NCBI RefSeq assembly: GCF_009914755.1
Contig: NC_060928.1
DNA: 64,000 nucleotides
DNA from: the human T2T-CHM13v2.0 reference genome, Homo sapiens
Direction: 5' to 3' (one strand)
Position 1 is the first letter of the stretch; each line of letters starts with the position of its first letter. Under the pieces are notes generated by a model, which made no database searches, was not told the origin of the DNA, and saw only the letters and a program-made list of their open reading frames with translations. This document shows, in pieces, positions 33,262 through 62,329 of the stretch. A program made the translations under genes and the position numbers.

Positions 33262-34194
33262 TTAATTATTAATATTATATACTTCATCATCTCAAATACA
33301 GCATAAACTCTCTGAGGGCAGGAACCATATTTTATGTATTTTTATTTCCCTCAAAGTGTTTAGGGCATGGATTCTATGTAATAGATTACGGTTCGGTGCC
33401 TTCCTCCATCTTAAAAAAATCACATTTGCTTCTAAGGAAAATGTAATGTATACTTATTTGCAAGAAAATAATACTCTCATAAAGAAGTTGTTGTGCATGG
33501 AGGGTGCCCTTATACAATTATTATACTGTGGTAAAATGGAAAGTTCAGAAAGGACTCAAAAGGGATTTGAGGGAAAAATCCCCAAGTCTTAGATGAGCTG
33601 AAGCCTGAGGTTCTCAGCTTACTAGAAAATCCTTAAGTGTTAGAAGACTGGAAATAAAGGTAGCTGGGAGAAAGGCATCCTGAATAGGAAGATCAAAATG
33701 AAGGTTTAGCTAAAGTGGTACCTGATGACTAGTTTGTTAGAAATTCTTAGACGAAGAGGGCACAGGACACCATCTAAATCAGCAGGTCACATGGCTACCA
33801 GGGCCAAAGTTATGATTTGAGACCAAGGAGGTAGAGAAAGGCCTTGGAAAAAAAGAATTTTTTAACAGGCTGTAGGAGCACAAAAATAAGCATACTTATA
33901 TTTATTAACTTAGAATTGAGTTTATTATGGGGAGGAGAAGATATAAGGACAATAGTGACCATTGATGGCTTTAAATCAGTGATTTAAAGATGGCCAGTGA
34001 TTTCCCTCAGGGATATGTAGTATATATCCTCAAGTTCCTGTATATTCTAGTAAATCTGTGCCAGTGATCTCTGTGTTAGGGATCACAGTAGTTGGAATGG
34101 GAGAAGGTATGCTGCTAGAGAAGAAGGAAGAATAAGGGATGGGAAAGAACATGAAACAAAAGGTGGAAGACTTGAAGGCAAAACCTCTCTCTCT

Positions 34195-34390
34195 TTGCAT
34201 CAGAGAAATGTGAAACTAAACCAAAACGAAATATCACCTTATATCTGTTAGGATGGCTACTATTAAAATAAAAACAAAACCAAAAACATACACACCAGAA
34301 AATAACCAGTGTTGGTGAGAATGTGGAGAAATTGGAACCCTTGTTGGTGGGATTGTAAAATGGAGCAACCACTGCCTTTTTGGAAGCAGC
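34195..34390 (+). mobile_element. L1M ORF2 3' fragment
   Basis: GTTAGGATGGCTACTATTAAAA...AGTGTTGGTGAGAATGTGGAGAAATTGGAACCCT...GGTGGGATTGTAAAATGG. Confidence 0.8.
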
Positions 34391-34813
34391 ATTAGAGAGT
34401 TATCCAAGATGGTGATAGCAAAGGATTCACTGAGGAGCTCCCCAGGTACCAAAAGGATTAGATTTCATTTCTTCTATATGGTAGAGATAGCTTGCTATAG
34501 TGGACTACATAGTTTGTCATTGTGGAAAAAAGAGAATAAATAAGAGAAGACTGATTTAGACATTTTTGGAAATAAGAAAGGTGATAAAATATTAAATTAA
34601 CTTCTACTTATAAGAAGGAATTAGTGGATTCTTTGTTTATTAAAATGACCACTAGTCAATAAAAATAATCTGTGCTTGATAATGTACTAATTTGTCTTCA
34701 TGAAATATCAGGGCTCCAACCAATTAATCCTGAAGTCTACCTTGTTGATTTCTGAGCCGGATGACCGGATTTCTAGCAGAGTGAGGGGACTCACAGAAGG
34801 TCTTTCTTTCTAG

Positions 34814-38371
<3,558 letters not shown>

Positions 38372-39859
38372 TAACAAGCAGCTCCTCAGCACCCCATAAT
38401 CACATTTTATTTGGTTTATAGAGTAACTAATTGTTGACTTTACCCCAATCCAGTGTGTCAGAAGACATTTTACAATGCAAACACAGAACTCTGAAGTGCT
38501 TTTGTGACAAAATGTGAATTTCAATTTAAGATAAGCTATAAAAGATTATGAAAATCCTTTGGAAAGTTTTCATGCAGTTAATAGTTTATTTGCATGGATT
38601 TCTAACTTGGATGTCTTATAAAATTTGTTGATGTGTATTAAGATTTTATTTGTAAGGATTTGATGTCCTTAAAGTAGTATTTTGATAGACAAGTCTTCTT
38701 GCTTGGAAGAAGAATCAGATCATTTGTTGGGAGATAGTTGATTAAGTGATTGATAGAAGCAGAGTATGTAGTTATCTTATTTGTTTATTGCTTTGTCTAT
38801 TCCTAGCTAATAAAGCGAAATAATCCCATGACCAATACTCCTGGAAAAGCAATTTAGGTATGATTAAGTCAAAAAGGTCTAGTTTGTTTGTAGCAAAGTA
38901 CAATATATAAGCCTAAATTTATGCTTAGTGATTTTCAGGCATCAAGTTTAATTTCTTTCATCTATATGAGTTTGTTGCTCTGTTTTATTTTTTGAGCCAA
39001 GGGAGGTACTGAATGCAGAGATAAAGAAGCACTTTCTTCTGCCATTCCCCCTTCTCTCCCTTCTCCCCAAACTATTTTAACAGGGAATCAGTATTAAGTG
39101 CTTTCATCAAAGAGTAAACTTGCTGCCAGGAGTCTCATTTGCCTGCCAACATAAAAGTTTGGCTATAGATTTTTGATTTTAGGGTAACACCGCTTTTTCC
39201 AGGAGGAGGCAGTGACAGAAATGGACTCTAGGCAACTGTGAGCGTAATAGAATAGAATGAGCCTGGGCTATGGAGTCAGAAAATAACTAGATTTGTCTCC
39301 TAGTCCAAAGATGATAACATGTTTGTTATGAAAATCAAATGAGGTAATGAATGTCAAGCAACAATAGCAGTATCTGGTACATGCTGCATAATTTTTAATT
39401 TTCTCTCTCTCCCCTACAAATCTAATTTGACTTCTTTTGGATTCCTTTGGAGACTAAACTTTGCAATAATAGAAGTAGGGACAGAGAGCACTGGACAATC
39501 CCAGAAGCCATCTTATCTGTGGATGTTATTTTCCAATAAATGTAGAAGAGAGATTGAGATTACCACTCTCCACTGTGCCCCATCCCTAACACCCACTCTA
39601 ACTTCAGTGTAAATCCAGTTAAACTAGATTCCTGGGATATTCATGTTTGGATATATTACTCAGAGACTTGACATGATGATAACTAGCCCTTCGTTCCAGG
39701 GAAAGGTAACCCAAGAGTGGCCCCAGTTGCTCACAGAGTCTCAGTGCTCAGGTAAAGTGTATAAATATTTCTCTCAATGAAAGATGAACAAGACCTACAG
39801 ACCCTAAAGTTAGATAAATGTCAAGATCCAGGTACAGGATTAGAAAGGAGAACTAGATT

Positions 39860-44230
<4,371 letters not shown>

Positions 44231-45011
44231 ATTAATCCTTAATAACATGAATTCTGATATACAACACATAACCTGTCTCAGTTCCTAGCCTAGGATTCAC
44301 TCACATAGAAGGTTCTTGTTGAAAGAATGAACAAGAATCCACACACCACATGTAAAATTAACTACCTATAGAAAATAATCTAGGAAGCAATATAACACAG
44401 CTTATTCATCCATCCATTCATTGGGTCAATGAAATGGAGTATATGCCATGCACGATGTTAATTATTAGGAGTTCAAATTTCGGCAAAATGTGGAGTCACG
44501 ACAAATGTCGTTCCTTCTCTCCAAGAGTTCATATTCTGGCCTCTCTCAAGGGAAGAAGGCTGAGTCAGCAGGATATGATAGGCCAATTAAAGTATCCTTT
44601 AAAAACACCTAACCCTTCCACTCTTCAGACTACATTTTTTCAACCCACATTATGATTAGCAATGCTACTGTATTCTAGTTTTGCCTATATGCATTTTCTT
44701 TTACCAATTAGTATATATACTAGTATAGTGAGATATAGTACAAATCTAGCGTGTGTGTGTATGTGTGTGTGTATGATATATTTATACCTCACAGGAATTT
44801 ACTTCATATGATTCAGGCCCTCTGGAGTTCTGGGAGTGAAATAAGTCCTAATAGCTGTAAGGTATTCATTGCATGTAATGAATTAACTTCTCTCTGCGTC
44901 TAGAATGGTACCAGTTATTTGCCAGCGTTGGGAGAATTGAGAAATAGTCACTCAATTTTTTGTGCTCTGTGTTCAAATTAAGAACCCCTTTTGAGAAAGT
45001 CAGCCTCACTG

Positions 45012-45310
45012 GCTTTTCTTTTCTTTTTTGAGATGGAGTTTCGCTCTTGTTCCCCAGGCTGGAGTGCAGGCGCAATCTTGGCTGACTGCAACCTCCGCAT
45101 CCCAGGTTCAAGCGATTCTCCTGTCTCAGCCTCCCGAGTAGCTGGGATTACAGGTGCCCGCCAATGCAGCGAGCTAATTTTTTGTATTTTTAGTAGAGAC
45201 GGGTTTCACCATGTTGGCCAGGGTGGTCTCGAACTCCTGACCTCAGGTAATCCACCCACCCCGACCTCCCAAAGTGCTGGGATCACAGACAGGAGCCACT
45301 GCACCCGGCT
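45012..45310 (-). mobile_element. AluS
   Basis: Alu consensus; TSD CTGGCTTTTC. Confidence 0.9.
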
Positions 45311-45719
45311 GGCTTTTCATTTTTAAATGAAGTAATAAAATTGAGCTTCTGAACCTGCAAAGCTGAGAGCTATTCATTGCACTATGGTAATGACAGAATT
45401 ATGTAGGACACCAAGGTAGTCAGTTAACTCTATAGTGACATTACTGCTTCTGCCTTCTGTGTGAATTCAGAATGAGGAGGGCATACATTGACAACTGAAT
45501 CATAGTCTGATTTCCTTCCTATAGAGGTGGGGAGAATGGGCTTATTTTTTGTGTGTGGGATTTATGTGTCTTAAATGCAAATTGTTCCTCAATAGTCAAC
45601 AAAATGCTGTAAAAATCATGATATCATTTTGTTCATTATAGCAAAGCCATGCACTGAACTGCCTTCCTGAAGATAAATGTATACACAGTGCTTTGCTCCT
45701 GAGGATCTGCATTACTCTT

Positions 45720-46550
45720 TGTACTTACTTAACAACTATTTATTGAGATCCTACCATGTCCTTATTACTGTGCTTTGTCCTGATAATACAAAGGTGAACT
45801 GATCCTGTGGTCTAGTGGTGGTGGGAGACAAGTGAATAGGCAATTATAATTGACAGAGAAGGCACAGGATGCTGTGGTTACACAAAAAGAGACCCCTAAC
45901 TTAGGCTAAGGGGATTAGGGCAAGGCTTCCTGGAGGAGCTGATAACTAAGTTAAAACCTGTGAATTGAATGGGAGTCAGCTAAGTAAAGAAAAAGAAAAG
46001 TCTTTCTTGGAAAAAACAGTACATAGAGAGTTCTAGCATGGGTAAGCATGCAAAATTAGGAAAATAAAAAAAGATGAGTGTGGTTTGAGATCAGATTGTG
46101 AGGGTAAGAGATGAAGCAGAGAGATAGCAGGTGCACTCTCAACTAGGATGTTATAAACCCTCTTCAGGACTCTATTTTGAGAGCAATGAAGATCCATTAA
46201 AGCAGTTGAAGAAAGGTGTATCATAATGAAATTTATGTTCTGGAAAGATAACTCTAGCTACGGTACAGAGTATGATTAAGGGGAGGGTGAGGTGAAGGTC
46301 TGGTAGACCATTCATGATTTTTTTTTTTTGCAGTAATTCAGTAATGAGAAAAATTTATAAATTTGTGTGATATTTTCCAGGATCTGGTGACTTTTGTTGT
46401 TATAGGATGTGGGGGAAAAGGGTCACTTCCTGGTTTCCGGTTTGGCTACTAGGTGAGATGGAGAAACAGGAGGAGTGGCAGGTTTCTTGAGGAAGATGAC
46501 AAGTTCAATTTTAGGTGGTTTAGATTTGAGGTATTTGTGCAACAACTGAG
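45720..46550. mobile_element. L2 fragments
   Basis: TATTTATTGAG..CTACCATGT, AAGGCTTCCTGGAGGAG.TGA, GAAAGATAACTCT.GCT and GAGTTCAATTTT are L2-like motifs. Confidence 0.6.
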
Positions 46551-47548
46551 GAGGCTTGCAGGGTGGAAAGTTTAGAGGGAGATTGGAGGACACTGTTGTT
46601 CATATTTGAATTGCTGCTCTTCTTGCCAATCCTCCTTTAGGATGCCACTGTGGAATTAAGAATTAATGAATTAGAGATATTTCCTGTGGAATTGGATCCA
46701 AAAAGTACAAAAGGAAGGAGCATGCAGCTTGCTGCTTCTTGGGAGCATAACCGGCTGAGGGTGCACTGTTTTATCATTTTCCACCAGCAGCATAATGCTT
46801 GCTCCTTCCCATTCATTTCAATATATGTATTTATATTTTAAATATGCAAATTTACATGTTCACAGATAAAGTCCTTGATGTATCTGTTGATGTGCTTATC
46901 TCTGGGAAGTGGGATTAGGTGGAGGAGAGGGGCATTATTCCTTTATATAACCTTATATTGCTATGCTGTTTTTGCACAAAGCAACTTACTTTTATGAAAA
47001 AATTAAAATTATTAAGTAAATAATTGAGTAGAAATTTTGAGTAAATTGGGTTGAAAAAATACTTGAAGTGACAGGCAATGTAGACTTTTTTTGAAGAGCA
47101 ATATAGACAACATAGGAGTTAAAACAAAAACAAAAACAAAAACGATACGCCTCAAACTATATGGGGCAATCTTCCTGCCCATGATTCCTCCCGAGGTGAT
47201 ATGTTAGGAATCGTGTGCAAATGATTTTTGTCATCCAGTTGCTACTTCTTATTTATTCTTCTGTAGCAAGCATCCAACATTACATCTCTTATCAAGACTG
47301 ATGCTCAACTGGTACTCACTGGTAGGCTGCAGTGGTTATTTATAGCCTGTGTCTGTTCTGATTGGTCTGATTACTGGCTGTTGTTATAACTGCTGCTTTT
47401 AGTGATTTATATTCTCTGACACCACTGATTTAGGAAGACTGTCTCGACATCTGCCTCTTCCTTGATCTCCTTTCAAGTTTCTCCAGTATTCCCTCGAGAA
47501 TATCTATCATAGTAGTAGTTATATAGTAGTAGTTATCTATATAGCATC

Positions 47549-48112
47549 TATAGTAGCCTGAATAATGGTCCTCAAGGTATCAGGTCCTAATTCCAGGAAC
47601 CCTTAAATGTTACCTTACTTGGAAAAGGGTCTTCGCAAATGTGATTAAGGATCTTGATATGGCAAGATTATATTGGATTATCCAGATGGGCCCTAAAAGC
47701 CTACTTTATAAGCGATAGGCAAGTGCCTTTATAGGAGGCAGGCAGAAGGGCAGTTTGACACAAGCACAGAAGAGAAGGCTAGGGAAAGGAGGAGTAGATC
47801 GTGATTTGAAAATGGAAGCCTTGAAGACTGGAGTAATGGATGCGGTCACAAGTCAAAGAATGTTGGCTGCCACCGGAAGCTGGAAGAGGCAGGAGCAGAT
47901 TCTCCCTCTAGAGCTTCTGGAGGGAGCACAATCCTGTCGACATCTTGATCTCAACCCTGTGAAACTGATTTCAGAATTTCTACGTGCAGAATTGTGAGAG
48001 AATAAATATCTCGAATATTGCATGGAACATACATACACTAAAAAATATACTATTGTTTATCTAAATTCAAATTCAACAAGGCAGGCCTCTTGTATTTTAT
48101 TTGGTAACCATA
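47549..48112. mobile_element. MLT1C/D MaLR LTR (+, 47549-48008) abutting a MER53-like hAT MITE fragment (48014-48112)
   Basis: TGAATAATGGTCC...GTTACCTTAC.TGGAAAAGGG.CTT.GCA.ATGTGATTAAGGATCTTGA...CAGATTCTCCCTCTAGAGC; TATTGCATGG.ACATAC.TA.ACTAAAAAAT. Confidence 0.75.
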
Positions 48113-48344
48113 TATAGAGACTATGTCTTAATCTCTGTATTGTTTAGCATGTTTGATCAGTGGATGTTTGTTGAATAAATAAATAAAATGACAATTTTGC
48201 AAAGAGTTAAAAAGTATTTTTAATATTTAAATTTCCAAATAGTATAATAGACAGAGAATAATATAATGAAGCCCTTTATAGCCAAATAGTGTAATAGAGA
48301 GAATAGTATAATGAAGCCCCTTATATACATTGCAGCTTTTATAA

Positions 48345-50229
<1,885 letters not shown>

Positions 50230-50264
50230 ACATGCAGACTTTTGTATCTTCATTTTAAAATTTT

Positions 50265-51300
50265 TAAGCCTTTAATTATTATGAGTACAAAATAGGTGTA
50301 TATATTTATGGGGTAGATGTGATATTTTGATACAGGCATACAATGTGTAATAATCACATCAGAGTAACCAGGGTATTCATTATCACAAGCATTCATCATT
50401 TGTTTGTGTTAGAAACATTCCAACATTCCTCTCTTTTAGTTATTTAAAAATATACCATAAATTATTGTTGATTATAGTAACCCTATTGTGTTATCAAAAC
50501 TAGATCTTATTCTCTCTAAATATATTTTTGCACCCATTAACCATCGCCACATTTCTCCCCCTCACACTACCCTTCCTAGCCTCTGGTAATGATCATTCTA
50601 CTCTCCACTGAATTGTTTTAATTTTTACCTCCCACGTATGAATGAGAACATGTGAAATTTGTCTTTCTGTGCCTGGTTCATTTTACTTAACATAATGTTC
50701 TCCAGTTCCATCCATGTTGTTGCAAATGACAGCATTTCATTCTTCTTATGCTGGAATGCTACTCCACTGTGTGTATATATACTACATTTTCTTTATCCAT
50801 TCATCCACTGATGAATACTTAGGTTGATTCCAAATCTTGGCTATTGTGAACAGTGCTGTAATAAACATGGGAGTGCAGATATCTCTACAATATACTGATT
50901 TCAGGCCAGGTGTGGTGCCCATGCCTGTAATCCCAGCGCTTTGGGAGGCTGAGGCAGGAGGATTGCTTGATCTCAGGAGTTTGAGACCAGCCTGGGAAAC
51001 ATGGCAAGACCCAGTCTCTACAAAAAATAAAAAAAATAGCCAGGTTGGTGGTGCATGCCTGTAGTCCCAGCTACTTGGGGAGGCTGAGGTGGGAGGATTA
51101 CTTGGGCCCAGGGAGGCTGAGGTTGCAGTGAGCCGTGATGACGCCACTGTACTCCAGCCTAGGTGACAGAGTGAGACCTTGTTTCAAAAAAGAAAAAAAT
51201 GAAAAAATATATACACTGATTTCCTTTCTTCTGGATGTATACTCAGCAGTGAGGTTGCTGGGTCTTATGGCAGTTCCATTTTTAGTCTTTTGAGGAATCC
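50265..51300 (-). mobile_element. L1MA 3' end split by an AluJ (+, 50904-51208)
   Basis: AATAGGTGTATATATTTATGGGGTA.ATGTGATATTTTGATACAGGCATACAATGTGTAATAATCACATC; the L1 resumes after TSD ACTGATTTC. Confidence 0.9.
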
Positions 51301-52099
51301 TCTTTTCTTTGTTTAAGAGTGTGCTGGGAACACAAAATGAGTCTTCAGGGGAATAATCTGGGCCTTGGGTGGCCCATTTCCAACTCTCTTCTATCGGATA
51401 AAGCTGGTGTTTATTAGCATGGCTTCCAAGGCCCTCTCTGATGGAGTGCTCTTTTAACTACCTCTGCATCCTCATGTCCTGCTGCTCCATACATCTCAAT
51501 TAAGCAGTGTAGAACTGTTTCTAGTCTCTAGGCACACTGTGCTGTGCTGCAACTCTGTTCCTGTCATTCTTTTGTAGGGGCCTTCCTGTTTCCTATCACG
51601 GTTGCTATTAAAATACCTGAAACTCATTAAGTGTCAGTTGAATTGAACTGAATAAGATTTCATATTGTTTTTAAGGAACTAAAAATCTGCTTGAGGAGAC
51701 AAACATGTATGCAGATACCGTCACAGAAGTGCATTTAAGTCTCATAATGAGTTCACAGTTTCAGGTTGTAAGGAAGAACATGGCAGAACACTGAAAATGG
51801 GCAGAACAGTTACTATTCTTTGAGGAGAGCTGGAGAATGGCAAAGGTTCTGGATGATGGTGAATTTTATCCATGTTTTTAGAAAGGGGGTAAAATTTGGA
51901 TTTTGATGTATACTTAGGTTTCACATTAGTCCTCAGCAACATTTAGACTGAATTTTAAAATAGGTGGTTTGTGAGTACTTAGATTAGGGAGAAATAATCA
52001 GTAGGAATAAGTTTGGGTTTACGAAGAGCGAATGAGATCAAAGAAACCTTGGTCTTTTCTTTCATAGGTCTCCTAGTTAATAAAGAAATGCTGAAAATC

Positions 52100-52900
52100 C
52101 ACTATTTCAACCTGGCCTTGGGCAATTCCCCAGAAACAGCATTTGGTTGCTTTGTTATAGGACTTGGCCCTTTGCTCTTTGTCAGACTGTGGATGAGACC
52201 AAAAAAAGACATGTTTATTAAATTTGCAGATGACTAAGTTTTAATGCTTTGAAAAATAGAATTGGGATTTATAATTGGGCTGAAATGATAAACCAATATT
52301 GAAAAGATGAAATCTCATCAGGATTTATATAACCATTTATGTACAAATAATTCAGCATTCATGTGCTTATGTTCAAGAAAATGAAGGTCTATTTTAAGAA
52401 CAGTCAGTGAGAAAGTTCTAGTGATTTTAGTTGACTGCAAGCTCAATGTGAGCCAATAGTGAAGAGTACTGCCAAGACATGGGGATACAAATCTACACTG
52501 CATTAATAACAGCTGAGTGTCCAGAGTAAGGGAAATAGTCATCCCACTTCTTTGTGATTCTCAGACCACACACATTTGGAGTCTTGAGTCCTTAGATCTG
52601 GGTTCCCTATTTCAAGAGGAAATATTGACAAAGTGGAGCATATCCGGAAGTGGGTGAGCAGGATGATGAAGACAGCAAAAATCATGTCAAATAGGAAATG
52701 GCTGAATAAAGTGGGAGCATAATTACTCTCTCCCATTATGTGAAAGAAGGAGTAATCAAATATTATGTCACTCCAGAGAGCAGAACTAAAACCAGTGTGG
52801 TTGGAGAATTTAAAGAAAGCAAATTATGATACAATACAAAGAAGAAATACAAACTTCAGCTCTTAAAATTTAAGTGGGATTAAGTATTAGTTGTCAGTAT
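52100..52900 (+). mobile_element. L3/CR1 LINE fossil covering the RT domain and C-terminus
   Basis: Translates to CR1-like motifs LGPLLF, IKFADD, EK.L..LVDCKLNVSQ and F..NIDKVE.I. Confidence 0.8.
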
Positions 52901-53209
52901 TGTAGGGATGATAATTCTTCCCAATTCAATTTTAATGAAAACTCAATAGAAAACAAGAAGACAGAAACACCTGTGGTATTTTTGTGGGGCTGGGGGCAAA
53001 TTCCAAAAATCACCTAGAAAAATAAATAGACAATAATGACTTTGAAAATTAGAAAGAGAAGGTTGGTTGAGCACTACATAGGCTATAATGATTAAATGAA
53101 AATGACACTGGTACAGACAAATCAATGGAATAGTTATTTCAGAGATAGACTCTGATATATCAATAACTTAATAGAAAACAAATGGGTATAACAACTGGGG
53201 ACATACAGA

Positions 53210-56462
<3,253 letters not shown>

Positions 56463-56653
56463 TTACGCCAAAACAGAGTTCCATTTGGAAAAGAAAGAAT
56501 TCATACTTAACTCTCGACTAATTTTCGTGTAAGGAATTGGTATAATAGTTACCTCAATGAGGGGCAAATATGTCTTTTCATTCTGGGCTGAGTATCATTA
56601 GGACTTTTATATATTCAAGTGTGTCACTCAATTATAGTATTCTTTATGATGCT

Positions 56654-57090
56654 GTGATAGATTGTATTTACCAAAGCAGGATACACCAATATATTCAGTC
56701 TCACATGGTCTTCCTATAATGTGATATTGACACATCTCCATTGCTTCTGCCTGGCACTCTCTTGGGACACATGCTTTTAGTGAAATCCAACCACCCTGAA
56801 GCCACCATGTTAAAAGACCATAAGGAAAAGCAACATAAGAGGCACGCAGAGATGATTAAGGAGACCTAATTATTCCATTCCTCAATGTTCCAGTTCAGGC
56901 ACCAGACATGTGAGTGAATGAACCCTCAGAGGATTTCATTCTCCAGCTTTTGAGGTGCTCAAATGATGCTAAGTGGAGTAGAAACCAGCTAACCCTCTGA
57001 ACCCTTCCCAGACTACAGATTTGTGAGAAAAATAAATGTTTCAAGCTAAGTTTGGCATGACTTTTTACATAGCCATAGTAACTAGAAAAG
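56654..57090 (+). mobile_element. MLT1G/H-like MaLR LTR
   Basis: TGTGATAGATTGTATTT.CCAAAG...CAGGCACCAGACATGTGAGTGA...CAGATTTGTGAG.AAAATAAATG...TACATAGC.ATAGTAACT. Confidence 0.75.
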
Positions 57091-57312
57091 ATGCTTTTGG
57101 TGAAGTTGGCTTTTGGGGGCCTCTCCACGTTGATTCCTGTCCTTTGACACGACCCTACTTCTCTTCAGTAATTTCCTTGCTTTCTGCTATAAGACAATGT
57201 GCTAAGCTCATCTTATACATTCTCTGCCTCAGATTTAAAATCAGCCTTTTCCCCAAAGAGCCCTGGTTCTTTTTAGTGAGGAATGGTATTTAGAGTTTAA
57301 AATCTGGTCATC

Positions 57313-59533
<2,221 letters not shown>

Positions 59534-59732
59534 CGAGAATTCACTTTCTTTGTCTACTTTAACTGCATTACTTTCTATGTATTTGATTTAGCAACTATAT
59601 TTCAGATATTTGTGTGGAAACAGTATATCCCTAACAAGATTATAAACCCATCGAATATCATGCACTTTGGTATCATTTTCAGTGACTTGAACATAATAGG
59701 TGTTCAATTAAATAAGTGTAAAAGAATTAACT

Positions 59733-60620
59733 CTGTGATATTGTGATATATAAACAAACACATATATTAATATTCATCCCTAGTTTCTGACGCAGAGCTC
59801 ATAAAACCTTGGTAATTTCCTAGATAATGAGGAGAGATTAGCATAATTTGCTATTCATAAGGCCCTTTCAACCAAACCTGAGTTTATGCTAATGAGGTGA
59901 CTCTTGGTGGGGGCAGGGGCCTGCCCTAGATAGCTTCAGGATGGGAACTCTTTGCCAGAGAAACCAACCATGTGATTAGAGGATTTAAACTTTCAGATCC
60001 ACCACACCTCCATAGAGGGGAGGGGGGCTGAAAATTGAGTCAGTCTCCAATGGCCAAAGATTTAATCAACCATACCTCTGTAATGGGACCTCCATAAAAA
60101 GAAACCATTAACAATAGGATTCAGAGAGCTTCCAAGTTGGTGAATGTATCCACATGTTGGGACCACATCAAACACCACGGGGACAGAAGCTCCTGCACTC
60201 TGGACACTTGGAGACCTCACCTTACATGCCTTTTCATCTGGCTGTTCATTTGTGTACTTTATAATATTCTTTATAACAAACTGGTAATAATAAGTAAAGT
60301 GTTTCCCTGAGTTCTGTGAGCTATTATAACAAATTATCAAACCTAAGGACGGAGTCAGTCGTGGGAACCCCCAATTTGTAGCCAAGCTGGACAAAAGTGT
60401 GGGTAACCTGGGTACCCACTACTTGTGATTTTTATTTGAAGTTGGGGGCAGTCTTGTGGAACTGAGCCCTTAACCTGTGGTGTCTGCGTTAACTCTGGGT
60501 AGTCAGTGTCAGAATTGAATTAAATTGTAGGGCACTTGGTGTCTGCAGAAAATTGGGAAATTTCTTGATGTGAAAAACCCACATATCTGGTGTCAGAGAT
60601 GTTCTGTTTCAGTAGAAACA
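59733..60620 (+). mobile_element. MER21-family LTR
   Basis: CCTGAGTTTATGCTAATGAGGTGACT...AACCATGTGATTAGAGG...ATGGCCAAAGATTTAATCAACCAT...CCCTGAGTTCTGTGAGC...GTCAGAATTGAATTAAATTGTAGG. Confidence 0.85.
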
Positions 60621-61052
60621 GTAGTAGACTTGAACAGTTTTACTCTTTATATAGCTTATTTCCAATAGAGAACAAATGGAAACAAGTGCTCTTGGAATCT
60701 CATATTGAATTCCACAGTCACAAGCATCCTGGTCAACTCAGGGGAAAATATCACACACTTGGTACAAAGCAAATAGATGAGTTAAATATTATATATTAAA
60801 TGACAAATTTATTATGATATTAGTAATTTATAATTATTAGATTGAATTATTTCCATAAAAATATGCAAATACTATTATATTGATTACAATATCAAATAAT
60901 GATATTATAGCCTTAATTAACATATAAGAAAATGGCACAATTCACTTTAAATATAAGGGACAAAGACAAAATAATGAAAACCAAGGGTTTGCATATTTTG
61001 TGATTATTTTATAGGAAACAGCTAATTATTAAACTAAGGAAAACTAAAATTA

Positions 61053-61391
<339 letters not shown>

Positions 61392-62329
61392 CTAGGGGAG
61401 CATTATATTTTTTGTAATTTTAGAATTACATCATTTCTGGTCACAGCTGTCTAAGCGGGCTATGATTTTGCTTCATAAAGTCTTATTGATTTTGATTATT
61501 CTTACCTTAAAGATTACATGTGTTACCATTTATCCTAATGAAATTAAGATAAAACCTGATTTTTTTTACCAGCCTTTAGATTCAGTATTAGACACAGAAC
61601 ATTTTATAAGGATCCTTGATAAGGCTCTTACTTCCTTGTCTTATCACAGAAGTAGAATTAGAAGCTCTGTAACAAATATCCAACCCCTCCACCATTTTGA
61701 TAATCTGTTTTTGGACTGGGTATATAGTAGGTGATCAATAAATGATTATTGAATGAATGAATGTAAGCCTGAATGGATGGTTCTGACTTCCTGTCTGCTT
61801 ATCTGCCTATCCGTCCAGGTCTGTACATCTATTTCTGTTGGACTATATGTGAATCCTCTCAAAATAGAATTATTGTGTATTGCACTGAGTCTCATGGTTA
61901 CCTCACTGAGATTGCCCATGAACTAAACTCAGTGGTGACTAGCTTAAAACACACACACACACCACCTACCAATATTTTATGACTTAAACATATATATATG
62001 TATATATGTATATATAGATATATATAAACTCTTATATAAAAGATGATCTACTGAAAGGCGGTGGGGTATGGTGGTGGTAGTGATTTATAGATGAAATCAC
62101 TCCCACGGCATTGGCATCTTGGCAGTAGCTTATTCCTCAGCTTCTCTGAACTAGGCGTGGAACTCCAGTTACTTCCCATATATCTGATACATTTAGGCTG
62201 CAACAAATTCAAGTGCTTTTCTTGCTTATTTTTCCCTTCTTTTAGAACAGAAGAAACCAGAAAAAAAATATTTTGTGAGAAAACAACAGTTCCTTACTCT
62301 GTACCACCTGCTTAAATGCAAACCAAAGG

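Noticed and set aside
50782-51147. ORF ending in [20 protein letters not shown]
   Set aside because: It is an Alu fused to the L1 ORF2 C-terminus of a dead L1MA.
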